From NCBI GenBank assembly GCA_963765765.1, contig CAVXYC010000032.1, positions 192,001 to 256,000 on the forward strand: a DNA stretch of 64,000 bases. The letters run 5' to 3'. Shown here in pieces: positions 1 through 9,974 of the stretch. A program made the translations under genes and the position numbers. The number at the start of each line of letters is the position of its first letter. Position 1 is the first letter of the stretch. Origin of the DNA: an uncultured Chloroflexia bacterium (GTDB lineage: Bacteria; Chloroflexota; UBA6077; JACCZL01). The notes under the pieces were generated by a model. The model was not told the origin of the DNA. It searched no databases and saw nothing but the letters and a program-made list of their open reading frames with translations.

Positions 1-216
1 TCCCGCACACTACATGCCAATTACCGACGCCCGAATGGATGCATAGGACCGCTCGGTACACTGGCAGCCTGCACAGAAAACGTCTTTGTCCGCCACGACC
101 TTTCCAGGCTGCCTCGCATCCTCACCACTGGAGGCTGCGCCGGCGAAATGAAGAATTGAGGAGCATTCTCGCCTCTCGCCGCTAACCCCTAACCCCAGTG
201 GGCTATAGTCGGAAGC

Positions 217-1287
217 ATGCAAATAGGAATCACAGGTCTTGCCGGGGCGGGCAAGACAACCGTCTTCAATGTGCTGGCGCGGAGCCACGCGCAGGTGGGG
301 TCATTCAGTGCGCAGCCGCATATCGCGGTGGTCAAAGTGCCCGATCCGCGACTGGAAGCACTGCGCGATTTGTTCAAACCTGAAAAATTCACGCCGGCGG
401 AAGTCACCTATGTCGACGTCGCCGGCGTCGTGCCTGGCAGCGATCGCGACCGGTCTGCGCAGGTCTTTGCGCATTTGCGTGAGGCGGATGTACTGCTCCA
501 GGTCGTTAAGGCGTTTGATGACGGAACGGGTATCGCTCCGGAGCGCGACATCGCGGATCTGGAGCTCGAATTCGTGCTGGCCGATCTCGATATTGCCGAC
601 CGGCGTTATGAGCGGCTGGAGAAGGAAGCGCGGCTGGGTAAGGGCACTTCCGCCGAGCGCCAGGCGCAGCAGCGTGAGCTGGAAGCTCTAACAAAGATCC
701 GCGATGCACTCCAGAACGAGCGTCCCGCGCGGACCGTTGAGCTGGATGCCGAGGAACGGAAAGCCGTGCGCGGCTACGGCTTTCTGTCGGCTAAGCCAAT
801 TCTGATCTTGCTCAATGTCGCCGAGCCCAGCGCGGACGCCGATGCGCTCGTCTCCAGGATCGCTCCGGAGATGAAATGGCAGTCCACCGAGGTCCTGGCG
901 TTGGCTGGCCGACTGGAAATGGAGCTCATGGAGCTCGACGCGGAGGACGCCGCGGAGTTCATGAAAGAGCTGGGTATCGAGGAGAGTGGCCTGGGGCGCG
1001 TTATCCAATCGTCCTACGGTATTGCCGATCAGATCTCGTTCTTTACCGTCGGTGAAGACGAGGTGCGAGCCTGGACCATCGCGGCGAATTTACCTGCTCA
1101 GCTCGCCGCGGGAGCCATTCACACGGATCTCTCGCGCGGGTTCATTCGCGCCGAAGTGATCAACTGGCAGGAGCTTCTCGATGCCGGCTCCTACGCCGAA
1201 GCGCGCAAGCGCGGTCAGCTCCGCAGTGAGGGCAAGGGTTACATTGTGCAAGACGGCGACATCTTGCACGTGCTCTTCAACGTCTAA
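217..1287 (+). CDS. ychF: Redox-regulated ribosome-binding ATPase YchF (Obg family)
   Basis: GITGLAGAGKTT P-loop, VPDPRL, YVDVAG, C-terminal TGS domain FFTVGEDEVRAWT...AAGAIHTD...GFIRAEV...LRSEGKGYIVQDGD. Confidence 0.95.
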   Translation: MQIGITGLAGAGKTTVFNVLARSHAQVGSFSAQPHIAVVKVPDPRLEALRDLFKPEKFTPAEVTYVDVAGVVPGSDRDRSAQVFAHLREADVLLQVVKAFDDGTGIAPERDIADLELEFVLADLDIADRRYERLEKEARLGKGTSAERQAQQRELEALTKIRDALQNERPARTVELDAEERKAVRGYGFLSAKPILILLNVAEPSADADALVSRIAPEMKWQSTEVLALAGRLEMELMELDAEDAAEFMKELGIEESGLGRVIQSSYGIADQISFFTVGEDEVRAWTIAANLPAQLAAGAIHTDLSRGFIRAEVINWQELLDAGSYAEARKRGQLRSEGKGYIVQDGDILHVLFNV

Positions 1288-1346
1288 CTCTTTCCCAAGC
1301 GATGTTCGGTGGTGGACACCGTTCTGGCTGCGCGAACCGAGCGCAT

Positions 1347-1502
1347 GTAGCGAGCGCTTCAGCGCTTTTTCGGCGTGGCGATGAGCGAGCGTAGGGATGC
1401 GGTATGCGATCAACCGATGCAGCCGCGGTGGCCTCCGATGTCGCTCGTCACATCGCTGCGCTCGCTAGTACTCATCGCGAAAAGCGCTGAAGCGCTCAGT
1501 AC
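1347..1502. repeat. REP-like inverted doublet between convergent genes
   Basis: GTAGCGAGCGCTTCAGCGCTTTT ... AAAAGCGCTGAAGCGCTCAGTAC inverted arms, each with an internal palindrome AGCGC-TTCA-GCGCT. Confidence 0.7.
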
Positions 1503-1538
1503 GTGCATCGGGCTATTCGCCCATGGCGTGAAGCGAAG

Positions 1539-2126
1539 CTAGCGCTTGGTCGCAGGCGACGGCGCTGCCGCCGCGCCGCCTACGTTGAAGGTCCAGGAGA
1601 AGCCACCCAGTCGACCCTGATCGTCGCGCACCTGAATGCGCGCCTGGTGTTGACCGGCGGCCAGAGGCATGGTGACGGTATAGGTGGGGGTGCGTGCATC
1701 GCCGGTTGAGCTCGGACGAGTGGCTTGCCCGTCGACGAGCATCGTCACTTCGCTCACGTCGCTGGTGGCGCTGACCCGCGCCGAGATCGTCACAGGCCCA
1801 ACGGGAACATTGGCGTTGGACTGCGGCTGGATGGTGCTGATGATGGGGCCGCGCCCAGTGGCTGTGGGCGACGCGGCGGGCGATGGCGGCGGGGATGACA
1901 CCGGGATGGCAGTCGACTCAGGAGTTGGCCCCGTGCTTACTGGTGACGCGGAGACCAGGAGACTCGTGTTCGCACTGGCGACGGATCCCGGACGCGCGCC
2001 GTCAAGGGGGCGATCAGCCGGCCGCGTGCAGCCGGCTGCCACCATCGCCAGGACCCCCAGGATGACACTGACACGATGAGCTGCCGACTTCGACCGGGCG
2101 CTTCGACGGTGCGGTTGGATATCCAA
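1539..2126 (-). CDS. Putative lipoprotein with Pro/Ser-rich linker and C-terminal Ig-like (Big) domain
   Basis: In-frame TTG gives basic n-region, hydrophobic h-region and lipobox AAGC; PST linker; beta-rich C-terminus (VTISARV...VTMLVDGQ...GQHQARIQVRD). Start uncertain. Confidence 0.65.
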   Translation of the reverse strand: MDIQPHRRSARSKSAAHRVSVILGVLAMVAAGCTRPADRPLDGARPGSVASANTSLLVSASPVSTGPTPESTAIPVSSPPPSPAASPTATGRGPIISTIQPQSNANVPVGPVTISARVSATSDVSEVTMLVDGQATRPSSTGDARTPTYTVTMPLAAGQHQARIQVRDDQGRLGGFSWTFNVGGAAAAPSPATKR

Positions 2127-2254
2127 GCAGGTATCGAGTGTGAGAGGATCGCCACTCAAACTGGAAGCATAACCGCCCTGGAGGGTGACGGCGCAACGGG
2201 ATCCAGGGGGCTCGGCGCTACAATGTTGACGCAATTTGCCTCGGAGGCGTTTCA

Positions 2255-2698
2255 ATGCAGCTCACTGGCATGGACCACATCGTGCTCAGCGTTCGGGACG
2301 TCGAACGATCCCTTGATTTCTATACACGCGTACTGGGGCTGAAACCCGAGCGCGTTGAAAGCTGGCGCGCAGGGAAGAATGGGTTCCCATCCGTGCGCAT
2401 CAATGAGAATACCATTATCGATTTGATGGCAAACAAGGTGAGCGACGAAAGCGTGGCGACCGTTCCCAATCTGAACCATTTCTGCATGTTCACCGATGGG
2501 CCCCTGGAGCCCTGCGTGGAAGAGCTCCAGAACCAAGGTGTCACCGTGGAGACAGGTCCGATCAAGCGCTGGGGCGCTCGTGGGGACGCGCTCTCGGTCT
2601 ACTTCCGCGACCCTGACAACAATCAAATCGAGATTCGCAGCTATGTTTCCGCGATTCAACCGTCCGGGACCCGCGCAGAGGCCGCCGCGCGCGCATAG
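2255..2698 (+). CDS. VOC/glyoxalase family protein
   Basis: GMDHIVLSVRDVERSLDFY...NLNHFC...SVYFRDPDNNQIEI; RBS GGAGG upstream. Confidence 0.9.
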   Translation: MQLTGMDHIVLSVRDVERSLDFYTRVLGLKPERVESWRAGKNGFPSVRINENTIIDLMANKVSDESVATVPNLNHFCMFTDGPLEPCVEELQNQGVTVETGPIKRWGARGDALSVYFRDPDNNQIEIRSYVSAIQPSGTRAEAAARA

Positions 2699-2834
2699 TC
2701 ACCTGGGGCCGCGGGCGGGACGCGCGTCCCCGGCGACCGATTTCGGCCAGATGCGAACGCAAAACCGGGGACGGCCGGATGCCCGCGGTCCCGGAGCGAT
2801 CACGCCCGCCAATATTTGGAACAGGAGGAATTCA

Positions 2835-3194
2835 ATGAAGCATATCCGTCCATCCGAGGTGAACAAGGAAGATGCCGCTGGGCCAATTTTCATCGGGGAC
2901 GTGAGTCGCCAGAATCTCGTCACTCCGGACATGAGCGAAGACTTCAATGTATCGATCGTAAATTTCGATCACGGCGCTCGAAACAAGTTCCATAAGCACA
3001 GCAACGATCAGCTTCTGATTGTCACGGCAGGAACGGGGATTGTGGCGACCGAGGCCGAAGAGGTTGAAGTTCAAGAGGGCGACGTCATACATGTGGTGCG
3101 CGGTGAGAAACACTGGCACGGAGCCAAGTCAGGACACGACTTCTCGCACATCACTGTTACACGGGCGGGTAGCACGACCGACATCCTCGAGTAG
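2835..3194 (+). CDS. Cupin domain protein
   Basis: GARNKFHKH...QLLIVTAGTG...GDVIHVVRGEKHWHGA; RBS AGGAGG before ATG 2835. Confidence 0.9.
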   Translation: MKHIRPSEVNKEDAAGPIFIGDVSRQNLVTPDMSEDFNVSIVNFDHGARNKFHKHSNDQLLIVTAGTGIVATEAEEVEVQEGDVIHVVRGEKHWHGAKSGHDFSHITVTRAGSTTDILE

Positions 3195-3208
3195 CTCTTT
3201 TCAACTTC

Positions 3209-3637
3209 ATGCCCGTCTCACTCACTGAAGATGAGCTGGCGCTGCTCACTTCAAGCCGCGTGGGGCATCTGGCCACGGTGGATGAGCATGGGCAACCTCA
3301 TGTCGTGCCGGTGTGCTACGCCTGGCTGGAAGGCGCACTCTATACACCGATCGACGAGAAGCCGAAGCGGACCGTGCTTGGTCCGCTTCGGCGACAGCGC
3401 AATATCCTCGCGAATCCGCGTGTTTGTGTCACAGTGGATCGGTATGACGAAGATTGGTCCAGACTGGCGTGGCTACAGGTTCGCGGATCGGCCGCGGTGC
3501 TTGAGCTGGCTGATGCAAAGGCCGTGGTCATCGCGGCACTCCGGGCGCGATATCCTCAATATCGCGAGATGGACCTGGAGTCTCGCCCGGTGATCCGGGT
3601 TTCGCCGGAGACCATCCGTTCGTGGCGCGCATCATGA
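3209..3637 (+). CDS. PPOX-class F420-dependent oxidoreductase (TIGR03668-like)
   Basis: RVGHLATVDEHGQPHVVPVCY...DEKPK...RNILANPRV...DRYDEDWSRLAWLQVRG. Confidence 0.88.
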   Translation: MPVSLTEDELALLTSSRVGHLATVDEHGQPHVVPVCYAWLEGALYTPIDEKPKRTVLGPLRRQRNILANPRVCVTVDRYDEDWSRLAWLQVRGSAAVLELADAKAVVIAALRARYPQYREMDLESRPVIRVSPETIRSWRAS

Positions 3638-3656
3638 CGCGGACGAACGAGTATTC

Positions 3657-4547
3657 GTGATTACGGAGGCGGAACCGCAGCTTACCGGCGCTGATATCGA
3701 AGATCTGGCGCTCATCAATGCGGATGCTGTGCTTGATGCGCTGGGCCTGGCTCACCTTCGGCACGGGCGGCACACGCTTCGATCCCTGATCCGCCTCCAC
3801 ACCATTCATTTCGCCCGCACACTGGCATCATATGACGCGGAAGTAGGGCAACGTGGCCTCGGCCCAGCAGCCATCTGGCTGCTGGAGCGCTTCATCGGCA
3901 AACTCGAGATCAGCGGTCAGTGCCACATCCCCCGCTCGGGGCCCGTGCTGGTGTTGGCTAACCATCCGGGATTGAGCGATACGCTGGCGTTGATTGCCAG
4001 CATCCCGCGTGATGACCTGCGGATTCTGGCGGCCGATCGGCCGTTCCTTCGCGCACTCCCTCGTACGAGTGAGCGCCTGGTCTACCTGGGTGAGCGCCCG
4101 GGCCAACGCCTCAGCGCTCTGCGCGACATTTCCGCCCACCTTCGCGAAGGCGGGGCGATGCTGACCTTTCCGGCTGGGAGAATCGAGCCAGATCCGCTTC
4201 TGCGGCCGGAGGCAGCGCTGAGCCTGGAAGACTGGAATGAGAGCCTGCGAGTAGTGAGCCGCATTGCTAGGAACATTCCGGTCGTTCCCGCGATCGTCTC
4301 TGGAGTGCGGTCACCCGCGGCACAGAGGAATCCGATCACATGGTTGCGGCGTCGACAGGCTGATCAAGAATGGCTGGGCTGCGTTCTCCAGACGGTGTTG
4401 CGGTCCTATCAGCAAGTGACCGTACGCGTCGCATTTGGTCCGGCGATGATCGGGGATGATGCCGAGTGTGAATCGTTCATCACGCGAATCATGGCTGCCG
4501 AGCGGCAGCTTGTCTCGGCTGAGTTACCGAATTGCGCCAATCACTAA
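3657..4547 (+). CDS. PlsC-family (lysophospholipid) acyltransferase
   Basis: GPVLVLANHPGLSD (NHx4D) and FPAG motifs. Confidence 0.85.
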   Translation: MITEAEPQLTGADIEDLALINADAVLDALGLAHLRHGRHTLRSLIRLHTIHFARTLASYDAEVGQRGLGPAAIWLLERFIGKLEISGQCHIPRSGPVLVLANHPGLSDTLALIASIPRDDLRILAADRPFLRALPRTSERLVYLGERPGQRLSALRDISAHLREGGAMLTFPAGRIEPDPLLRPEAALSLEDWNESLRVVSRIARNIPVVPAIVSGVRSPAAQRNPITWLRRRQADQEWLGCVLQTVLRSYQQVTVRVAFGPAMIGDDAECESFITRIMAAERQLVSAELPNCANH

Positions 4548-4776
4548 GAGGTTACATCTGGACCGAATTGCCTCCGGCCACCTGGAGTGTTCCTGTCAAC
4601 TCGCTCGCATGGGCGGCGGGCGCACCGAGACCTAATGCAACGACGGTCGAGGTCCCTCCCTCAGCAGAGAACGATGCTGGTGTAGACAGTGAGTCCGGTA
4701 GCGTCGTGTCTATGGGACAGGGATCGGGATGAAGGATGACAGAGAACCTGAGTAGCCAGTAACAGCAAGCGGTCAA

Positions 4777-5632
4777 TCATCCAGGCTTCCGTTGGGCCAG
4801 AATGTCGAGCTGGTGGGCCACGTAGACAAGCTCCGCGGCCTCAAGTTGGCGCTCACGCTCCCCCACCCAGTTCTCTAATGTACCAGCGCCGAGCCTTCCC
4901 GCTTGCCGGACCACACTGGCAATGTGGGCAAGAAGGTACTCGAGCACTAGTCTATCGTCGTCTCTATACGCTCCGTGCAATGGTGCGATCACCCAATCCG
5001 ATGGAGCCATATCGAGCACTTCAAAGCCCCTGCCGGTCAGGGCATGGAACAAGCGCCGCCCGGCGCGTCGCTCACCGCCACTTCCGCCCCATCGCTGCGT
5101 GTACATGGCCGCGTGATAAGCGCTGAGTAATTCCTCGTCCAGCCGCGGGTCGATACTGGGCTCGATGATCGTAAGATCGTCAAAATTCAATGTGAGGTAG
5201 GCCAGGCCGTCCGGCGCAAGTAGACCGGCGATGGCATCGAGTGCCGCGTCGAGATCGAAGAGATCGAGGAAGGCGTGTGCCGTGACAATCGGCCAGCCGT
5301 TGCTATGGTTGCTCACACGCGCGTAATCGAAAAATTCCGCGACCTCGAAGACCGCCCCTGTCCTTTCAGCGAAACGCTTTTGAGCCCTTTCAATCAGACC
5401 GTGCGTCTCGATCGATCCCCGTGTACCGGATGCGTGAGACCGTGGACGGCGTGAGCCGATCGGTTGTAAGGAGCCGATCGAGCGTCGCGCCGAGACCGCA
5501 ACCAATATCGAGAACCTGCCCAACTTCGCTCAACCGCTCGCAAAAAACCGTCCAGAGCCGCGGGTGGATTGAGCGAGCATCAAGCGCTTCCTTCGCTTCT
5601 AAATAGCGCGCGAAGTCAACCTGCTGCGTCAT
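4777..5632 (-). CDS. Class I SAM-dependent methyltransferase (frameshifted)
   Basis: N-half MTQQVDFARYLEAK...VLDIGCGLG (5390..5632) joins C-half ...AHAFLDL...LAPDGLAYLTLNFD (4777..~5400). Confidence 0.8.
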
Positions 5633-5664
5633 TGACTCCAGTCCCGTATAGCGCAATTGCGCTC

Positions 5665-6748
5665 TCAAACCACACTCTCGATGAATTCCGCGGCGGTGTG
5701 CATGCTCTCGGACCACGTCGGATGCGTTGAAGCGCGCTCCAGCGCCGCAAGGCTCATGGTGATCAGCAATTCTCGGTCCTGAAGCAAGTCCAGCACGGCG
5801 CGGCTGAGTGCCCGCGAATCACCTGGCGGCACGAGTCTTCCGGTAACGCCGTCTGTAATGATCTCGCTCGCGCCGCCGTGCGTCGTGCCGATGGCCGGCA
5901 AGCCAAAGTTCATGGCCTCCAGGTACACAATGCCAAAGCCTTCATATGTCGACGGCACAACAAGCACGTGCGACTTACTCAAGATGTGCCGGACTTCGTC
6001 ATCTGACAGACGTCCGGCGAAGTGGACGTTGGCAGCGAGTCCTCCGCTGTGCACGCGTCGGCGGAGGCGGCGCGTGAGTCCTGGGTCCACGGTGAGATCG
6101 CCCACTACTGTGAGCGACCACGTGCCCGGCGGAAGCTGGGCCACGGCATCGAGCAACGTCTCCAGCCCTTTTCTCTGGATGACGTTGCCGACGAAGGTGA
6201 GGTGCAGCGGAGGCATCACGCACGCTCGGTTCTCGAATGTCGCGCGCGTCGATTGTGTTATCGAACCGGTCTCCCGCGGGTTGAGCGACAATCGATGGCT
6301 GGCGCAATCCGCTGAGGGCATGAACGCTCCTGGCCGTAGTCTGGCTATTGAAGACGAAGGCATCAACGGTTGTCAGATACCGTCGCTCGATCATCGCGTA
6401 GAAGGTCTTCTGCCAACTCGGACGATGCTCCGAGCATCGGAGATGATGAACGACGCTGACGAGCGGACCGCGGACTCGACTCTTCAACCGCCGATTGATC
6501 ACGAAGAGCGAGGGATGATTCAGCTCATCCTCGAGAAGGACATCCAGTCTGGCGGCCTCAATCCTTGCAACGAGATCGCTGCGGAGATTGTCCAGGAGAT
6601 GTCGTGGATAGGAGCGCCAGGGAAGCGAGAAGATCTTGACGTCCGAGCCCCGTTCACGGAGCGTGGCGACGAGCTTCCGATCGTAGAGATAGCCACCCGA
6701 GCCCGACTCGAGGCTTCCATAAACGATCAGTCCAATACGGCGCGGCAC
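5665..6748 (-). CDS. Glycosyltransferase family 4 (frameshifted)
   Basis: SGGYLYDR N-terminal motif; C-half FVGNVIQRKG...PSTYEGFGIVYLEAM (Ex7E); frameshift near 6230. Confidence 0.88.
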
Positions 6749-6751
6749 CGC

Positions 6752-7049
6752 CTACGCCGGTACGTTAGCGGGAGATCGGGATCGCAGAAGTCCGAGCCAG
6801 AGCGCACCGACTCCAAACAGGACCGCTAATAGTATGACGGCGATTCCTAGGCCAGGCACTGGCAGTACCTGCAATGCCGCACGCACCAGGAGCCCAGCGT
6901 CATTGCCATGAGAAACCCAGCTCGAGAGTCGATATATCGGACTGATGCGCAAGTGTCAGCAGCATTCTTCCCAGCGTCAGTCCTGTCACTTCCAGGCTGA
7001 GGTAGGTGGCGATGAGATAGATCGCCAGAAGACTGAGCGGCGCGTGTCT
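6752..7049 (-). CDS. Small membrane protein or fragment (two hydrophobic segments, frameshifted)
   Basis: LSLLAIYLIATYLSL and LGIAVILLAVLFGVGALWLGLL in adjacent frames. Confidence 0.35.
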
Positions 7050-7050
7050 G

Positions 7051-7653
7051 CTAGGGCCGCGCGGCCGCCATCGCCGCTTCAAAATCGGCAGGAAACTCAC
7101 GTTCAGCCCACTGAGCCGTGAGCGGTAGGCAGCGCCAATCGCGGTCGCCCCAGGCTATGTAATCCCCGGTTCTCGGACTCATCGGCAGGTTTGCTTCAAC
7201 CGGAAAGTAGCGATTGTGCCGGCGAATCAGCTCGTTCACGAGTCCGAGATCGATATGACTTAGATAATCTCGCCAGGCCATTGGGAAGAGTTCGGGCTGG
7301 CGCCTGTGCTCGTGGGCAATGGCGATCCATTGAAATCGAAGCTCTGCCAATAGTGCATCGGTGAGCGTCTCGATTTTCTTGAGTCGGACCGCCCATGCAG
7401 GTGCACCGCCCATCGAGATTCCCGCGAAGCGTTTCTCGTCGGGAATGAGACGCATGGGGATCATGCCGCTCAGGGCGGACCTATCGGATTTATCAGGGGG
7501 CGCGCTGGTCAACGACTCCTGAACTTGCCGCTCAACGGAGCTGCTGAGTCGCTTGCGGCCGACGGGTTGAAAGAGCGCTTGAAGCGGTTCCATGGACATG
7601 ATGTTCTCCACCGGAAAGCTTACCAGGCGACCTTCCTCCGGGACCGCCGACAT
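7051..7653 (-). CDS. Hypothetical protein
   Basis: 200-aa ORF with protein-like composition (HNRYFPVEANLPM..TG), co-oriented with the GT4/methyltransferase genes. Confidence 0.65.
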   Translation of the reverse strand: MSAVPEEGRLVSFPVENIMSMEPLQALFQPVGRKRLSSSVERQVQESLTSAPPDKSDRSALSGMIPMRLIPDEKRFAGISMGGAPAWAVRLKKIETLTDALLAELRFQWIAIAHEHRRQPELFPMAWRDYLSHIDLGLVNELIRRHNRYFPVEANLPMSPRTGDYIAWGDRDWRCLPLTAQWAEREFPADFEAAMAAARP

Positions 7654-7695
7654 CCTTTCTGCGGTCCTGGTAGCAAGCCCACGTACAATCAGCGC

Positions 7696-8442
7696 ATGAG
7701 CTCGACGACGGGGCGGGTGGCACTCATTCCTGGTGGCGCTCGCGGAATCGGGCGCGGTGTGGCGCTGGACCTCGCCCGCTCAGGTTGGTCCGTCGCCGTG
7801 GCATTTCGGACGAGCGCGACTGACGGTCAGAGTCTCGTCGAGATCATCGAGCGCGCGGGTGGGCAGGCGTTGGCGCTTCAGGCTGATGTTTCGGACTCAC
7901 TCCAGGCTCGCGCACTCGTGTCCCAAGTGGAAGAAGAGTGGGGCCGAATCGACGCGCTGATCAACGCGGCCGGCCCATATCATCGCGTCAACGTGCTGGA
8001 TGAAACGGACGACGGCTGGCGAGACATGTTCGCAAACAATCTCGATCCCGTATTTTATCTGTCACGTGCAGTGGCTCCCGGAATGATCGGCCGCCAATGG
8101 GGACGGATCATCAGCTTCTCGATTGCTCGCGCCGAGCAGCTCAGTGCCCAGCCAGAGCTCACGGCACATGCCATAGCGAAGACAGGAGTGCTGGTGCTGA
8201 CGCGGACACTTGCGCGTGTGTTCGCGCCGCACGGAATTACCGTAAACGCGATCTCGCCAGGATTCATTGATTCAGGCAATCCACTGCCCGCTGAGCTTGA
8301 GTCAGTTGCGCGGCGGATACCCGCGGGCTACGTCGGAACAGTGGACGACGCCGTCGCCGCCGTCCGATATTTGATCTCGGACGACGCTCGCTACGTCACT
8401 GGCTCGAACCTGCAGCTCGGGGGCGGATGGGGCCTTTCGTAA
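7696..8442 (+). CDS. SDR oxidoreductase resembling pteridine/dihydrofolate reductase TmpR/FolM types
   Basis: ALIPGGARGIG, VAFRTS, INAAG, GRII, HAIAKTGV (YxxxK has Y->H), GITVNAISPG, C-terminal GGW. Confidence 0.85.
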   Translation: MSSTTGRVALIPGGARGIGRGVALDLARSGWSVAVAFRTSATDGQSLVEIIERAGGQALALQADVSDSLQARALVSQVEEEWGRIDALINAAGPYHRVNVLDETDDGWRDMFANNLDPVFYLSRAVAPGMIGRQWGRIISFSIARAEQLSAQPELTAHAIAKTGVLVLTRTLARVFAPHGITVNAISPGFIDSGNPLPAELESVARRIPAGYVGTVDDAVAAVRYLISDDARYVTGSNLQLGGGWGLS

Positions 8443-8736
8443 GCTGACTCGAAACGGCTACCGGTGCTTGCGCTGATTGGGCATTCCAATCCCAACCCTT
8501 GGGCCGCCAATCGTTGTTGGCTAACGATGGACCGACGTGGAATGCAAAAAGCTTTCCGCTGGCGGATGCCACCCTTTCTCATTCAATGCTATACAATGGA
8601 GCCCCGATCGCCATATATACCATTGCGTGCTTAGCAAATTGATTGAGAATAGGGACGGCGTAAGACTCCTTCAGGGCCGGGCAGCCCACCAGGATCGACG
8701 CAGCACACAGGAGATCAACATATGAAGGAGGTCGCC

Positions 8737-9491
8737 GTGGGACGGTTCCGATACTCGGTTCCCGCCGCCGTTGCCTTTGCGCTCCTGATAGTGGGCGTAA
8801 GCGCCACATCGACATTTGCCCAAACTGCGGGCAATGGAGCACAGGTGACCGTAACTGGCACGGGCGGCTCAGGTGTTAACTTTCGTGTCACACCGGGCGG
8901 CGCGGCCATTGGATCGCTTCCCGGACGGATCCAAGCTTGTGGTCGTAGGTCAAGACCAGCAGGCGACCGGTCGCGCATGGCGGAACGTTCGTTCTCCTGA
9001 CGGCGTCGTAGGTTGGGTCGCCGCCGATTATGTTTCCGGCACAGCTCAAGCGCCTGAATCCGACGACCACGCAAGCTGCTTATCGGCCTGGCGCTGCCAC
9101 GGGCACGACCCTTCAAATCGTGAAGACCGGCGGGATGAACGGGGTCATCCGCGACAACCCGGGAGGCACGCAGATTGGCTCGTATCCTGAAGGCACGTCA
9201 ATGACACTGGTGTCATCGGATGCTCGGGAGGCCGGCGGCCGGGAGTGGAAGAACGTCAAGGGTCCCGATGGCAAGTCAGGATGGATGGCATCGTTGCTTC
9301 TCAACGATAGCTCCGGCGGAGCCACCGTAGCGGCTCCAAGTAATCCGGCCACTGCGCGCTCACCCTTCACTTTGACGTCTGACATGCGGGCACGAGCGCT
9401 GGCTGCTCGAGCGCGGGCCGTTCCGCTCAGGTCGACGGCTAGCGACACTAAGACGGACGACAAGAAGACGAGCAGCTCGAACAAGCGGTAA
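8737..9491 (+). CDS. Secreted protein with two bacterial SH3 domains (frameshifted)
   Basis: RBS AAGGAGG-GTG; signal peptide; two repeats of NxRxxPGG...G...WxNVxxPDGxxGW; two frameshifts. Confidence 0.8.
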
Positions 9492-9555
9492 TCGTCTTCG
9501 ACCTCATCCGGCAGCACGAAGAAGCCCTAGCGCACTCCACCTCCGATAGCCAATT

Positions 9556-9765
9556 TTGAATCGAGAAGGCATCATCGCAGTCTGCGTTGGTGCCTTTCTT
9601 GCTGTTCCCATGGCGATCTGGTTGCACATACGGCTTAGTCGCCGGGGAGAGCGCAATCGGTTCTTCGGCTGGCTCGCTATGGCCAGCTTTCTGATCGCCT
9701 GGCTAGCGGTGATTACCTTCTTTACTACGGCAATCATGCTTGCGGCCGTGTGGCTAGCGGGCTAA
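9556..9765 (+). CDS. Small two-TM membrane protein
   Basis: 69 aa with two hydrophobic helices. Confidence 0.5.
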   Translation: MNREGIIAVCVGAFLAVPMAIWLHIRLSRRGERNRFFGWLAMASFLIAWLAVITFFTTAIMLAAVWLAG

Positions 9766-9803
9766 CTGGCGCTGCCCTAAAGGTGACTCTCGAGCGCCCT
9801 CAG

Positions 9804-9893
9804 GTAGTGGCGTCCCTTTACGGGCGCCAGCTAGGGTCATCGCTGCGCCGCGAGACGAGTAATCGAGCTGGGGCCCGTTAGGGACGCCGCTAC
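9804..9893. repeat. GTAG-type REP doublet (REPIN-like)
   Basis: GTAGTGGCGTCCCTTTACGGGCGCCAGCT ... AGCTGGGGCCCGTTAGGGACGCCGCTAC inverted pair between convergent genes. Confidence 0.7.
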
Positions 9894-9974
9894 GTAGTGA
9901 TCAGAGTATTGACGCGCCCGTGGTCGGTTAGCCTTCATCAGCAGGGAGGCGCATTCTGTCCGAGTGGTGCCTTG

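Noticed and set aside
8630-8700. c-di-GMP-I-like riboswitch upstream of the SH3 gene (GCAAA...GAGA...GGGACG)
   Set aside because: The P2 stem does not pair and the GCAAAG/CTAA elements are absent
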